Of a DNA stretch of 48,190 bases, positions 18,917 through 28,928 are shown in pieces (within the stretch, counting starts at the first letter, position 1; every line of letters begins with the position of its first letter). Made by a program: the position numbers and the translations under genes. Source of the DNA: Candidatus Thorarchaeota archaeon (lineage in GTDB: Archaea; Asgardarchaeota; Thorarchaeia; Thorarchaeales; Thorarchaeaceae); NCBI GenBank assembly GCA_004524445.1, contig SDNP01000023.1, positions 1-48,190 of the forward strand, in the 5' to 3' direction. The notes beneath the pieces were generated by a model. That model saw only the letters and a list, made by a program, of their open reading frames with translations. It was not told the origin of the DNA and searched no databases.

Positions 18917-19654
18917 TTAGAAAGTTATTGCTGCATCTAAGGCAATACTGACCAGATCATCAAGTTTGGGTTTTCCCTGAATCTCCTTTTCTTCTTCAAT
19001 GGGTTCACCAACAATGACACAAGCGCTGCCCACTCTAACAGCGCGCAATTGTCCTAATGTAAATAGTACTGCAGCCTCCATTTCTGTAGCAAGCACATTC
19101 GAATTCCTGAGCCAATTCCATCTCCTTTCCATTGCTTCAGAATCAGCAACCATTGATGGATATTCACTATAGAATGCGTCTTTACTGTGTCCTATGCCCA
19201 CTTTGAATCTGGCCCTTCTTTTCTTTGCAGCATCAGTTAGTGCCATCACCATCTCAGGGTTTCCGACAGCCGGAAATTCAACAGGAACATATTGTTTTGA
19301 AGTACCATCATCTCGGACCGCTCCACTGAAAATGACGATGTCTCCGGACTTGAGCGATGAATCGATTGCTCCTGAGGTTCCAACTCTTATGAATGTCTTA
19401 CATCCGACTTTCACTAGTTCCTCTAGAGCAATTGCTGCAGATGGACATCCGATTCCAGTTGAGCATACTGCGACTGGTACTCCCTTCCAAGTCCCCTTGA
19501 AACTCCAATACTCTCTCTTGTGTGCTATTTCCTGGGGGTTGTCAAAGAATTCATCTGCAATCTTTTTGGAGCGAAATGGGTTGCCTGGCAGTAGTACGCG
19601 TTCCGGAATCTCATTCGGTGCTATGTCAATATGATATTGCTTGTCCTTTCGCAT
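18917..19654 (-). CDS. udp: Uridine phosphorylase / nucleoside phosphorylase
   Basis: QYHI, PGNPxR, REY, STGIGCPSAAIALEEL, RVGTSG, RDDGTS, EME. Confidence 0.92.
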   Translation of the reverse strand: MRKDKQYHIDIAPNEIPERVLLPGNPFRSKKIADEFFDNPQEIAHKREYWSFKGTWKGVPVAVCSTGIGCPSAAIALEELVKVGCKTFIRVGTSGAIDSSLKSGDIVIFSGAVRDDGTSKQYVPVEFPAVGNPEMVMALTDAAKKRRARFKVGIGHSKDAFYSEYPSMVADSEAMERRWNWLRNSNVLATEMEAAVLFTLGQLRAVRVGSACVIVGEPIEEEKEIQGKPKLDDLVSIALDAAITF

Positions 19655-19775
19655 TGGTGATGCAATCCCAGCTCCCCGGTTCTCAAGCTGAACAAAAGGG
19701 TTTCGAAGGTTACTATCTACCGGAGCCAGAGATAGTCTTAAAAGAATGACCTAGGTCAGCTTCGATTGTGTAGCC

Positions 19776-20000
19776 ATGAGTGAAGAAATTTCAGAAATTG
19801 ACAAAGCAATATTGTCCGCTATTTTGGAGGATAGTCATAGGCCTTCAGCAATCACGAGCATTGTAAATGGTCGTGGTGTGAACTGTACTCAGAATGAAGT
19901 AGTGAAGGCTCTCAATGAACTAGAAGATAAGGGTCTGGTGGAAAGGTATACATCTAAGACATGGCTTGCAAAGCCTAGTGCCGCAGATTATATCGATTAG
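19776..20000 (+). CDS. Small winged-helix protein
   Basis: IDKAILSAI...EVVKALNELEDKGLVER...TW wHTH pattern. Confidence 0.7.
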   Translation: MSEEISEIDKAILSAILEDSHRPSAITSIVNGRGVNCTQNEVVKALNELEDKGLVERYTSKTWLAKPSAADYID

Positions 20001-20050
20001 GTTTGGCTTTGCTCTCTCAGAACAGACGAGTAAGGCATCAAATTAGCGAC

Positions 20051-21037
20051 TCATAATCGCTTCACAAGTGAGTCAACAACATTGTAGGTTAGTTCTGGGT
20101 TCTTCACGCAGAATACATCTGTTTTCACCGTGTTCGATGCAACAATTTTACCATCGATTTTCTTAACCAAGTTTTCAAGCAATTCCTCGCCTTCTTCAAT
20201 AAGTGGAAGCGCATGAACAACCGCAAAGGCGATTTCCTTGGCTTCTTGTTTTCTGAGTCTATCAGCGGTCTTCAGTAGTGTACCACCACTCTTGGTCAAA
20301 TCGTCTATAACAACCACATTCTTTCCTTTGACTTTCAAATCACCATGAAGCTCCACAGAAAATGAATTCTCTCTGCTTTTTCCAAAGCCTGCGACATCAA
20401 ATCTTTCTTGGCCCCCTTCATCGGGCGTGATGACAACATAATCATCAAAGCCAAACTGGTTTCCTGCAAATTCTATTAGACGAGGAGTGATATCTATATA
20501 CTCCAGTAGACCTCTACGCTGAAGGTTTTCCACCCAATCCAAGCTTTCTGGCGCATGAGGATTAATCACCCAGACTTTGTTGCATGCACCGGCAACCAAT
20601 TGAAGAGCCCATTTAGCAGAAACTGCTTCTCCAGTCTTGAAAGCTTTATCCTGAAGAGCAAAAGGCTGGAAACTCAGAACAACTTCGACCTTTCGAGGAG
20701 GTTCTACGGGATCAGCTTTGTAGGTTTTATGATTCAATTGATCTACCCTTACTGGATTATGAAGGAGGTTCAAGATGAGCATCAATTCCACCAGTCTGTC
20801 AGATGTGGAGTATGACTCCTCTTCGGCGGGACCTGATCCTGTACAGCACTGCACAACCACTACTTTCCGATTGGATAATCGAGAGATTCTAGGAATTCTG
20901 ACATACAAGTCCCCGTTGGGAAACATTCGCTTATTATCATAATTCAATGCTGATCTGTAGACATTGAAGCCATGCTGCTTGAATCTCAAGCCTAGATGTT
21001 CAGCTCCACTAGCAAGAATAACATCGTAATCTCTCAT
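20051..21037 (-). CDS. prs: Divergent ribose-phosphate pyrophosphokinase-like protein
   Basis: FPNGDLYVRI, QDKxFxxGEAVSAK, PDEGG, VVVIDDLTKSGGTL PRT motif. Confidence 0.75.
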   Translation of the reverse strand: MRDYDVILASGAEHLGLRFKQHGFNVYRSALNYDNKRMFPNGDLYVRIPRISRLSNRKVVVVQCCTGSGPAEEESYSTSDRLVELMLILNLLHNPVRVDQLNHKTYKADPVEPPRKVEVVLSFQPFALQDKAFKTGEAVSAKWALQLVAGACNKVWVINPHAPESLDWVENLQRRGLLEYIDITPRLIEFAGNQFGFDDYVVITPDEGGQERFDVAGFGKSRENSFSVELHGDLKVKGKNVVVIDDLTKSGGTLLKTADRLRKQEAKEIAFAVVHALPLIEEGEELLENLVKKIDGKIVASNTVKTDVFCVKNPELTYNVVDSLVKRL

Positions 21038-21089
21038 GGTTATCCGCCACTTATTCCCGGACTGTCTTCCTTTATGTGGCTTTCCCCAG

Positions 21090-21632
21090 TTATCCTATTT
21101 CTGGCTTGTCTTGTCCTACATAGTGACTACCCGGTCGTTGGTCATATCCCATTTTCGACGGTGATGTTAGTGGAACAAACATCAGTTGCACAATCTTCAT
21201 TCCCGGGTGTAGTAGGACTGGACTGAGATTTTCACAGAATATTTCCAGAGTCAATTTGCTGGGTTTTTCAAGTCCAGTACCAGGATTCACCAAACCTGCT
21301 GCATGAACAATTATGCCAAGCCTAGCAACGCTGGAGCGCCCTTCAAGTAGTCCTGCATATGACTTGCTCAGAGAAATCTTCTCTAAGGTTTGGGCCAAAA
21401 TGAATTGTCCTGGCAAAATCATGAACGGGTCTTCTCCTGTGTCAACCAACTTGGTGTGCTGGCCTTCAAGATTTTCAGATCTAAAATCAACAGGTTCTCC
21501 TGGGCTATATATCCTGAAAACGCTGTCAAGCTTCAAGTCAACACTACAGGGCCCCACTACCTCAGGATCAAATGGCGTGATTACAATCTCTTTCGATTTG
21601 ATAGCTTCTAGTATGTCTACATCTGATAGCAT
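21090..21632 (-). CDS. dcd: dCTP deaminase
   Basis: MLSDxDI, PCSVDLKL, PGQFIL, GRSSVARLG, AGLVNPG, TLEI, QL. Confidence 0.9.
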   Translation of the reverse strand: MLSDVDILEAIKSKEIVITPFDPEVVGPCSVDLKLDSVFRIYSPGEPVDFRSENLEGQHTKLVDTGEDPFMILPGQFILAQTLEKISLSKSYAGLLEGRSSVARLGIIVHAAGLVNPGTGLEKPSKLTLEIFCENLSPVLLHPGMKIVQLMFVPLTSPSKMGYDQRPGSHYVGQDKPEIG

Positions 21633-21725
21633 CCTTGTAGTCACCCTGATTAGCCACATGCAAACCTGTAATACTGACACACTTAAAATGAGCCTACTGG
21701 TTATATATCACACCACCAAGGAAAT

Positions 21726-22445
21726 GTGTTTGGTTTGAGCTTGACGGCCCGAGAGATTCTCCATAGGATAGCACAAGACTCCGGTATCTCCTATAGAGTC
21801 ATAGCTCAGAGAGTAAATTCTGATGTTCAAAAGGGTATTCCACTGTTAAAATCGCTTCACAGAGTGGCCACAGAGAATGGCTTAGACCCGAACAAATTCA
21901 CTCTCAATTCGGAAGATATTATCAAAGAAATAGAACGCATTATGACAGAAAACTACTCACAAACTCTGATGATATCTGCTGTACTGGCAAGGATGGTGGA
22001 ATCAAAAGATAGAGACCGTTTTCCTGCACCTGCTTTCTTTGCCTTTCTAGAGATAATGTCCAATATTCCTGATGAATCCATGATTCGCAAAAAAGAACCC
22101 TCTGAGGATGTGGATGACAAAACTGCTGCCATAATTGAGATGTCCACAACATTGGTTTCACTCATCTGCCAATGGGGCAAAGATGGAATCATTGGCATTG
22201 CTCCCAGCTTAGATGATAAGACAAAGTCAATTGCAAAGTCTATCTATAGAAAAACAAAACTGCTCCAATCAGGTATGTGGGTGTGTCTTTCGTGCGGTGA
22301 GATAGTGAATGTCAAGGAAACATATGCGCTATTATGTAGAAAATGCAACGCTGCACTCGCAGATGCAACCAGCAGTGCAGCAAAGCGCAGAGAACGAGAA
22401 CGTACTGGATATGGGAGAACAAAAAAAGGGTCATTGTTAGAATAG
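21726..22445 (+). CDS. Hypothetical protein with C-terminal Zn ribbon
   Basis: Helical body, CLSC...CRKC, basic tail. Confidence 0.7.
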   Translation: MFGLSLTAREILHRIAQDSGISYRVIAQRVNSDVQKGIPLLKSLHRVATENGLDPNKFTLNSEDIIKEIERIMTENYSQTLMISAVLARMVESKDRDRFPAPAFFAFLEIMSNIPDESMIRKKEPSEDVDDKTAAIIEMSTTLVSLICQWGKDGIIGIAPSLDDKTKSIAKSIYRKTKLLQSGMWVCLSCGEIVNVKETYALLCRKCNAALADATSSAAKRRERERTGYGRTKKGSLLE

Positions 22446-22607
22446 CCGCCTTCTTTTTGACCGTACTCTCCGTTGCCCTAAATCATAGCCTTATTCCACA
22501 GGAAGCTCGTCCAAATTCTACGAATCTATCCTAAAACGATTCATTTATCAATAAGAGCGAACGGGTGCCAGCTTGCCTATTAGTGGAAGCTTTGTGAGGT
22601 CATTTCA

Positions 22608-23957
22608 TTGAAAAGCTATATTGAAAATGTATACAATAAGGTCGTTGAGAAAGATCCCGGTCAAGAGGTCTTTCACCAAGCCGTCGAAGAAGTGCTCGAA
22701 TCTCTTGAGCCCGCTATTGAAAAGTATCCTAAATTCAAAGAACATGCCATTCTAGAGAGGATTGTTGAGCCCGAACGTGTGATTCTGTTCCGTGTTCCTT
22801 GGCTCAATAAAGATGGTGAGGTCAAGGTCAATCGAGGATTCAGAGTTCAATTTAACTCAGCTATTGGCCCCTATAAGGGAGGACTTAGGTTTCATAACAC
22901 TGTGAATCTTGGGGTCCTGAAGTTTCTTGGATTTGAGCAGACATTCAAGAACGGTCTTACCGGCCTACCCATGGGTGGCGGAAAAGGAGGGTCTGACTTT
23001 GACCCTCATGGTAAGACAGATGCTGAAGTCCGTAATTTCTGCCATAATTACATGACTGAACTCTACAAACATGTAGGGCAATTTACTGACGTACCCGCAG
23101 GAGATATTGGCGTAGGTGCTCGAGAGATTGGTTACCTCTATGGAATGTACCGCAAGATAACCAATAAGCATGGTACCTGTGTCTTAACGGGAAAAGGCCC
23201 CACCTATGGTGGATCTCTAATCAGACCTGAAGCAACCGGATACGGTACTGTTTACTTCGTTCAGGAAATGCTCAAGACAAAGAACGAAAACCTGAAGGAC
23301 AAAAAAGTCTGCATATCTGGTTCAGGAAATGTTGCTCAGTTTGCCGCTGAAAAGAGCAATCAGTTGGGTGCCAAGGTCATTGCAATGAGTGACTCTTCCG
23401 GTTGGGTACATGATCCTGACGGTATAGACCAAGAGAAACTTGAGTGGATTATGGAACTCAAGAATGTACGAAGAGGCAGAATCAAGGAGTTTGCAGAAGA
23501 ATTCAAGGGTGTCGAATATCACACAGACAAGAGTCCGTGGTACCTGCCATGTGACATTGCTATGCCCTGTGCAACTCAAAATGAAGTCGATGCAAAGGAG
23601 GCAAAGGCTCTTGTCGACAATGGTGTGATAGCATTAGGCGAAGGTGCCAATATGCCACTTACACCAGACGCCATCGAAATAGTTCAAGAGGCCAATGTCC
23701 TATACGCTCCTGGCAAGGCTGCTAACGCTGGTGGTGTATCTGTGTCCGGTCTCGAGATGGCTCAGAACAGTATGCGATACTTCTGGACGCGCGAAGAAGT
23801 AGACCAGAAGCTGCACCAAATCATGGTTAGCATACACAAGACTGCTTATGATACGGCAGAGCTCTTTGGCGAAAAGGGCAATTATGTCTTGGGAGCGAAT
23901 ATTGCTGGTTTCTTGAAAGTTGCCAATGCAATGGTTGCTCAGGGTTACATAAGCTAA
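22608..23957 (+). CDS. gdhA: NADP-specific glutamate dehydrogenase
   Basis: GPYKGGLRF, GLPMGGGKGG, DVPAGDIG, RPEATGYG, GSGNVA, EGANMP, KAANAGGV. GAGG SD before TTG. Confidence 0.96.
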   Translation: MKSYIENVYNKVVEKDPGQEVFHQAVEEVLESLEPAIEKYPKFKEHAILERIVEPERVILFRVPWLNKDGEVKVNRGFRVQFNSAIGPYKGGLRFHNTVNLGVLKFLGFEQTFKNGLTGLPMGGGKGGSDFDPHGKTDAEVRNFCHNYMTELYKHVGQFTDVPAGDIGVGAREIGYLYGMYRKITNKHGTCVLTGKGPTYGGSLIRPEATGYGTVYFVQEMLKTKNENLKDKKVCISGSGNVAQFAAEKSNQLGAKVIAMSDSSGWVHDPDGIDQEKLEWIMELKNVRRGRIKEFAEEFKGVEYHTDKSPWYLPCDIAMPCATQNEVDAKEAKALVDNGVIALGEGANMPLTPDAIEIVQEANVLYAPGKAANAGGVSVSGLEMAQNSMRYFWTREEVDQKLHQIMVSIHKTAYDTAELFGEKGNYVLGANIAGFLKVANAMVAQGYIS

Positions 23958-23969
23958 ATTTCAAGATGC

Positions 23970-24003
23970 GAACCCTCTAGAGGGTTCCCCCTCTTTTTTC
24001 TTT
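23970..24003 (+). terminator. Perfect 18-bp palindrome plus T-tract
   Basis: GAACCCTCTAGAGGGTTC (23970-23987) followed by CCCCTCTTTTTTCTTT. Confidence 0.75.
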
Positions 24004-24049
24004 AAACATCAGAAAAACTCCTGCAAGATTTAAAAAAAGGCTGCACAAT

Positions 24050-24652
24050 CTATTTTCTTATCACATCTAACAATTCGTTCAGCCTACGCTTAATATCGGA
24101 TTCAACCCTACTGAGTTCAGCAAGTTTTCCTATTTGTTCAACTTTTCCTTTTCTATAAATTTCATCCGAGATTTCATTTTGTTCTCTCTTTTTATCAAGC
24201 CTATCCATCTCATCCGATATTTGTTTCCGCTCATTAGAAACCAGTTCGAATCCCTTCTTCAATGACATCCATTCAATCATGGCATTGCTTTTCTCTTGCT
24301 CAATTCTCTCTCTCCGGCGTTTCTGTTGTTCTTGTTCTTTGAGCGCTTTATTTGCCGCCCTAATATCTCTCTGAATTTCAAACAGCCTAGACTCTACTTC
24401 CCTCTTAACTTGAACAATCTCCGTGGATTCGAGCCATTTATCTCTGTATTGTTGGATGTGTTCTTTTTCTGAAATACTCCCCTCTTCGAGTTTGCTGTCA
24501 ATCTCACTCAGATCTCGTTGAATATCAGTCAGCTTCTTTTTAATCTCCTCATAGGATTTTCGCAGACTCATCCATTCAACCGAATACTGGGAGAGCACCT
24601 CCTTAGGGTCCAAAAACAGGTGGTCTTCAGGGATATCCTTTCCATGACTCAT
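24050..24652 (-). CDS. Coiled-coil protein with internal duplication (CdvA-like helical repeats, tentative)
   Basis: Two EWMSL(R/K)K...(G/N)(S/E)IS..E repeats. GGAGG SD. Confidence 0.75.
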   Translation of the reverse strand: MSHGKDIPEDHLFLDPKEVLSQYSVEWMSLRKSYEEIKKKLTDIQRDLSEIDSKLEEGSISEKEHIQQYRDKWLESTEIVQVKREVESRLFEIQRDIRAANKALKEQEQQKRRRERIEQEKSNAMIEWMSLKKGFELVSNERKQISDEMDRLDKKREQNEISDEIYRKGKVEQIGKLAELSRVESDIKRRLNELLDVIRK

Positions 24653-24825
24653 CCTCTATCCTCCGGCATCTGATTATGAATCTGCAAATGTGACTTAAGG
24701 CATTTTCTGAGTCAATATGAAAAATAACATCATGCTCTTGTTGTACAAAGAATAGCGGGCGCCAAATTTTGACCTATTCTCTTAAGAGGGAGAATGTATT
24801 CACAATACAGGTGTGTGGGAAGAGA

Positions 24826-25893
24826 ATGAAGATTGAGAAGAATCTATTATCTGATGCAGAGAGGAAGCAAAAACCCCAACAGGTGGAAGATTTGTCTTTT
24901 GGCTCAGTTTTCACCGACCATATGCTAACGATGACATATTCGGGTGGAAAATGGCACTCTCCTCGAATCACTCCATATTCACTTCTAGAGTTGGATCCAG
25001 CATCTTTAGTATTGCATTATGGACAGGGCATCTTCGAGGGTATGAAAGCATATCGGCGAGGCAACGATGTTTTTCTCTTCCGGCCGACTCAGAACATAAG
25101 CCGATTCAACAGATCTGCATCAAGGATGGTAATGCCAAAAATGGATGAAACATTCATGCTAGAAGCAATTGAAGAGCTAATATGCATCGAAAGAGATTGG
25201 ATTCCATCAAAATCTGGGACGTCTCTATATATTCGACCAACAATGATTGCTACTGAAAGGAAGCTGGGTGTGAAACCATCGGATGAGTATATTTTCTTCA
25301 TAATCCTTAGTCCTGTCGGCCCCTATTTCAAAGAGGGCTTTAAGCCAATCCGAATAATGATTGCAGAAAGTTATGCAAGGGCGGCCCCTGGTGGAGTTGG
25401 AGCTGCAAAGACAATTGGCAATTATGCTGCTAGTCTAAAAGAAGAAAAGAGGGCAAAAGAATCGGGATACTCACAGGTCTTGTGGCTCGATGCATGTGAT
25501 AACAAATATTTGGAGGAAGTAGGAACCATGAATGTCTTCGTTGTTTTTGAAGATGAGATTGCTACCCCCGAACTTGGAGGGACCATACTTCCTGGAATAA
25601 CGCGCGACTCTGTTATCACCCTTCTTCGCAACTGGGATATGGATGTGGTGGAGAGAAAAATCTCTGTCGATGAAGTTCTCGCTGGAGTGCAAGATGGTCA
25701 TCTAACGGAAATGTTTGGATGTGGTACTGCTGCTATAATTGCTCCTATCGGGGTTTTGGGCTATCAGAGAAAAGAATATCCGATTTCTAATGGCCGAATT
25801 GGCAATGTCACTAAGCGGCTTTATGACGAACTAACCGGAATCCAATCTGGTGAGAGAAAGGACAACTATGGATGGGTACATTCAGTCTGTTGA
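24826..25893 (+). CDS. ilvE: Branched-chain amino acid aminotransferase (bacterial-type)
   Basis: FGxxFTDHM, LHYGQGIFEGMKAY, LYIRP, GAAKTIGNYA, EEVGTMN, ILPGITRDS, GTAA. Confidence 0.95.
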   Translation: MKIEKNLLSDAERKQKPQQVEDLSFGSVFTDHMLTMTYSGGKWHSPRITPYSLLELDPASLVLHYGQGIFEGMKAYRRGNDVFLFRPTQNISRFNRSASRMVMPKMDETFMLEAIEELICIERDWIPSKSGTSLYIRPTMIATERKLGVKPSDEYIFFIILSPVGPYFKEGFKPIRIMIAESYARAAPGGVGAAKTIGNYAASLKEEKRAKESGYSQVLWLDACDNKYLEEVGTMNVFVVFEDEIATPELGGTILPGITRDSVITLLRNWDMDVVERKISVDEVLAGVQDGHLTEMFGCGTAAIIAPIGVLGYQRKEYPISNGRIGNVTKRLYDELTGIQSGERKDNYGWVHSVC

Positions 25894-25899
25894 ATTATA

Positions 25900-26400
25900 C
25901 TATAAATCCCGCTTAAGTTCGTCTGACTCCAGTTCTGATTCTGATATTGGCGGGGTGTCTTCTTCTAAAGACTCCCAATCAGGGGGTGGTTCAAGATATG
26001 CCTCTCGAGGAATCTCTTCGTCATCAACTTTCTCACTGGTATATTCTTCCTCTTCGGCATCGCTCTCTAAAGAATCGTCGTTATCGTAGGACTCTTCTTC
26101 CTCATAGTCGTAAGAATCTTCTTCCTCCGACCACTCATCTTCAAGTTCTTCGCTTTCTTCCCACTCATCAATTTCCTCTTGGTCTTCTTCCCAATCTTCT
26201 TCATCCTCTTCCCACGACTCGTCTTCCCATTCATCTTCATCAGGAATCTCCAGTGTGGCAACAAGACCTCCAGATTCAAGCTTCTCAATGAGTAGCTGGA
26301 ACATCCTTTCAACGGCATCACTACGCCCCCTTGCCTCAAACTCGATATCGCCGATTTCAAATTCCATTTCGATATAGTTGTCCTTTTTCTCATTATCCAT
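25900..26400 (-). CDS. Highly acidic low-complexity protein with Trp/Tyr-acidic repeats
   Basis: Small N-terminal beta-beta-alpha segment followed by an E/D-rich tract with periodic W/Y. Confidence 0.75.
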   Translation of the reverse strand: MDNEKKDNYIEMEFEIGDIEFEARGRSDAVERMFQLLIEKLESGGLVATLEIPDEDEWEDESWEEDEEDWEEDQEEIDEWEESEELEDEWSEEEDSYDYEEEESYDNDDSLESDAEEEEYTSEKVDDEEIPREAYLEPPPDWESLEEDTPPISESELESDELKRDL

Positions 26401-26516
26401 GGGAATCACATCGCATTTGGAGACATTCAGTACATATAAACGCTTCAAGTGTAGGCCATCTCATTAGCTAAACCTTTTAGCCAGTTCCTTACCCACATTC
26501 TTTTCGGGTACCAACC

Positions 26517-27023
26517 GTGCCGTCACAGTTAATCGTAGACTATTCGAAATGTACTGGGTGCAGAATCTGTGAACTTGCCTGCAGTGCAAAGCATGAGAAG
26601 ACATTCCAGCCCACTTTAGCTCGTCTAAGGATTGTGAAATACGATGATTTGGGTGTTGATATCCCACATGTGTGTGGGCCGTGTGAAGATGCACCATGCG
26701 TTGACATCTGCCCAGTATATGCGATGCGACGGGACCCAGAAACCAATATGGTCTTCATTGACCAAGATAAATGCATATTATGCAAATCCTGCGTTGGCGT
26801 TTGTGTCAATGGTGTTATCCGCCTCGATACCCAAAAAATGAGAATCATCAAATGCGATCACTGTGGCGGCGACCCAGAATGTGCCAACGTATGCCCGACA
26901 GGTGCAATTCGTTATGGACTGATTAGCCCAATTGATACAGTGGATAAACACTCTAAGGTATCAAGCTATCTCAGCGAGATTTCTAGGACTGCAAAAACAG
27001 AGAAATCACTGGAGGAGGCATAA
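26517..27023 (+). CDS. 4Fe-4S multicluster electron-transfer subunit (AOR partner)
   Basis: Four Cys clusters: CTGCRICELAC, CGPCEDAPCVDICP, CILCKSCVGVC, CDHCGGDPECANVCP. Confidence 0.93.
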   Translation: MPSQLIVDYSKCTGCRICELACSAKHEKTFQPTLARLRIVKYDDLGVDIPHVCGPCEDAPCVDICPVYAMRRDPETNMVFIDQDKCILCKSCVGVCVNGVIRLDTQKMRIIKCDHCGGDPECANVCPTGAIRYGLISPIDTVDKHSKVSSYLSEISRTAKTEKSLEEA

Positions 27024-28910
27024 GTGGATAGGGGCGGATATACCGGTCAAATCCTTCGTGTCGATTTGACATCCAACAAATTCTCCCTGGAGAATACCCC
27101 CTCTGATTGGATACGAGATTATATTGGCGGGGATGGATTTGCTCTCCGTTTATTGTATGAGGAAGTTGAGAGCGGAACGGACCCATTATCAGCCAATAAC
27201 AAATTGATGATTTCCACCGGTCCCATCACAGGCACTTTATGGCCAATGAGTGGCAGAACGGTCTTTGTCAGCAAATCTCCGCTTACTGGAATATGGGGCG
27301 AGAGTCATGTCGGGGGTTTTCTCGGCCCCGAACTCAAATATGCCGGATATGACATGCTAGTCGTGGAAGGAAAAGCAGAGCAACCAGTGTATATCTCGGT
27401 TCTGGATGATGAACTAGAAATTCTTGACGCAACTGACCTTTGGGGGATGAAAACAAACGAGGTTTCAGCTGGAATCAAGAAACGGCATGCTGATCCAGAC
27501 ACTCAAATTGCAGCTATAGGGCCTGCGGGTGAGAATCTTGTTAGCTTCTCTTCGGTTATCGTAAACAACGCTAGAGCTGCAGGCAGAACGGGAATGGGTG
27601 CTGTACTTGGTTCTAAGAATGTGAAGGCCATTGCTATTCGTGGCACAGGCGCAGTGGATGTTGCAGATCATGAAGGTTTTACAGAATTGGCAAAGCAAGC
27701 CCATATGAAGGTCCGAGAGAATCCCCAAGCTCAAGAGATGCATAAATGGGGGACCTGGATTCTGACTTCCGTCAAACAAGAAATTGGTGAACTCCCCACC
27801 TATAATCATCGTACTGGGGTTTTCTCGGGATGGGAGGCCTTGAGCGGCGAATACATACGTCCCCGATTTACTATATCTGACCGTGCGTGTTTTGGCTGTT
27901 CACTGGGCTGTAAGAAAGTCAATTATGTTCCTGAAGGTGAGTTCGAAGGGACTCTTGAAGAAGGGCCAGAGTATGAAGGGTTAATGGCCATAGGTAGCAG
28001 TTTGGGTATTGATGATTATCCGACTACCCTGAAAGCCAATCAAATCTGCAATAGATACGGAATGGATGTCATTTCAGCTGGAGGGACTCTGGCTTTTGCT
28101 ATTGAAGCTTTTGAGAATGGACTTATTGACGAAGATGATACTGGTGGCATAACGCTCGAATGGGGTAATTCAGACCTAATCATCGAGCTACTCAAAATGA
28201 TTGGAAAACGAGAAGGATTTGGAGACATCCTTGCAAAAGGTACTCGAGCTGCCTCTGAAGAGTTGGGTGAACGTACAAAGAAGTATGCCATGCATGTAAA
28301 GGGCCTTGAGGTGTCGGGACAAGATGGACGTACACATCGTAGTATCGGACTCTCACATGCAACTGCAGCAAGAGGTGCAGACCACCTGAGGAGTCTCGTA
28401 GTAGTTGACCAATTAGGGTATGAAGATGTGGCTGCCAAACGATGGGGGGCAGACAAGCTACCAGAGATATTGAATCCATATGTGGAGAAATACAAGGCTG
28501 CAGCTGTAGTCGAAACTGAAAATGCATACTGCATTCGTGACACTCTGATTGTATGTTGGTATTCCGTTTCCTGGCCGCCTATTTTCTGGATGGAAGACTT
28601 CGCGGAGATGCTTCCATTAGCAACAGGTGTGAGTTACTTCGGTAGTACTAAAAATCTGACAGAAATTGCTGAACGGCAGCTAAATCTTAAGCGTCTATTC
28701 AATGCTCGAGAAGGTATAACCAGAAAGGACGATACGTTGCCGCACCGATTTACCCATGAGCCAATGCCTGAAGGACCTGGTAAGGGACAAGTTGTTGATT
28801 TAGAGCCCATGCTCGACGATTACTATCAAAGAAGGGGCTGGGACAAAGAAACAGGCCTTCCAACATCTGAAACACTGCAGCGCTTATCTTTAGAGTGGGC
28901 TGAATTCTAA
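27024..28910 (+). CDS. aor: Tungsten-dependent aldehyde:ferredoxin oxidoreductase family protein
   Basis: KSPLTG..GES, AAIGPAGEN, GRTGMGAVLGSKN, CFGCSLGC, GPEYE, GMDVIS, RGADH, DTLPxRF, YYxxRGWD. Confidence 0.95.
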   Translation: MDRGGYTGQILRVDLTSNKFSLENTPSDWIRDYIGGDGFALRLLYEEVESGTDPLSANNKLMISTGPITGTLWPMSGRTVFVSKSPLTGIWGESHVGGFLGPELKYAGYDMLVVEGKAEQPVYISVLDDELEILDATDLWGMKTNEVSAGIKKRHADPDTQIAAIGPAGENLVSFSSVIVNNARAAGRTGMGAVLGSKNVKAIAIRGTGAVDVADHEGFTELAKQAHMKVRENPQAQEMHKWGTWILTSVKQEIGELPTYNHRTGVFSGWEALSGEYIRPRFTISDRACFGCSLGCKKVNYVPEGEFEGTLEEGPEYEGLMAIGSSLGIDDYPTTLKANQICNRYGMDVISAGGTLAFAIEAFENGLIDEDDTGGITLEWGNSDLIIELLKMIGKREGFGDILAKGTRAASEELGERTKKYAMHVKGLEVSGQDGRTHRSIGLSHATAARGADHLRSLVVVDQLGYEDVAAKRWGADKLPEILNPYVEKYKAAAVVETENAYCIRDTLIVCWYSVSWPPIFWMEDFAEMLPLATGVSYFGSTKNLTEIAERQLNLKRLFNAREGITRKDDTLPHRFTHEPMPEGPGKGQVVDLEPMLDDYYQRRGWDKETGLPTSETLQRLSLEWAEF

Positions 28911-28928
28911 TCAAACGCTAGAATTGCA

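Noticed and set aside
25990-26240. Periodic TCTTC/TTCCCA repeats suggesting a repeat array or CRISPR
   Set aside because: Explained by Glu/Asp/Trp codons of the acidic protein; there are no constant-length repeat-spacer units.
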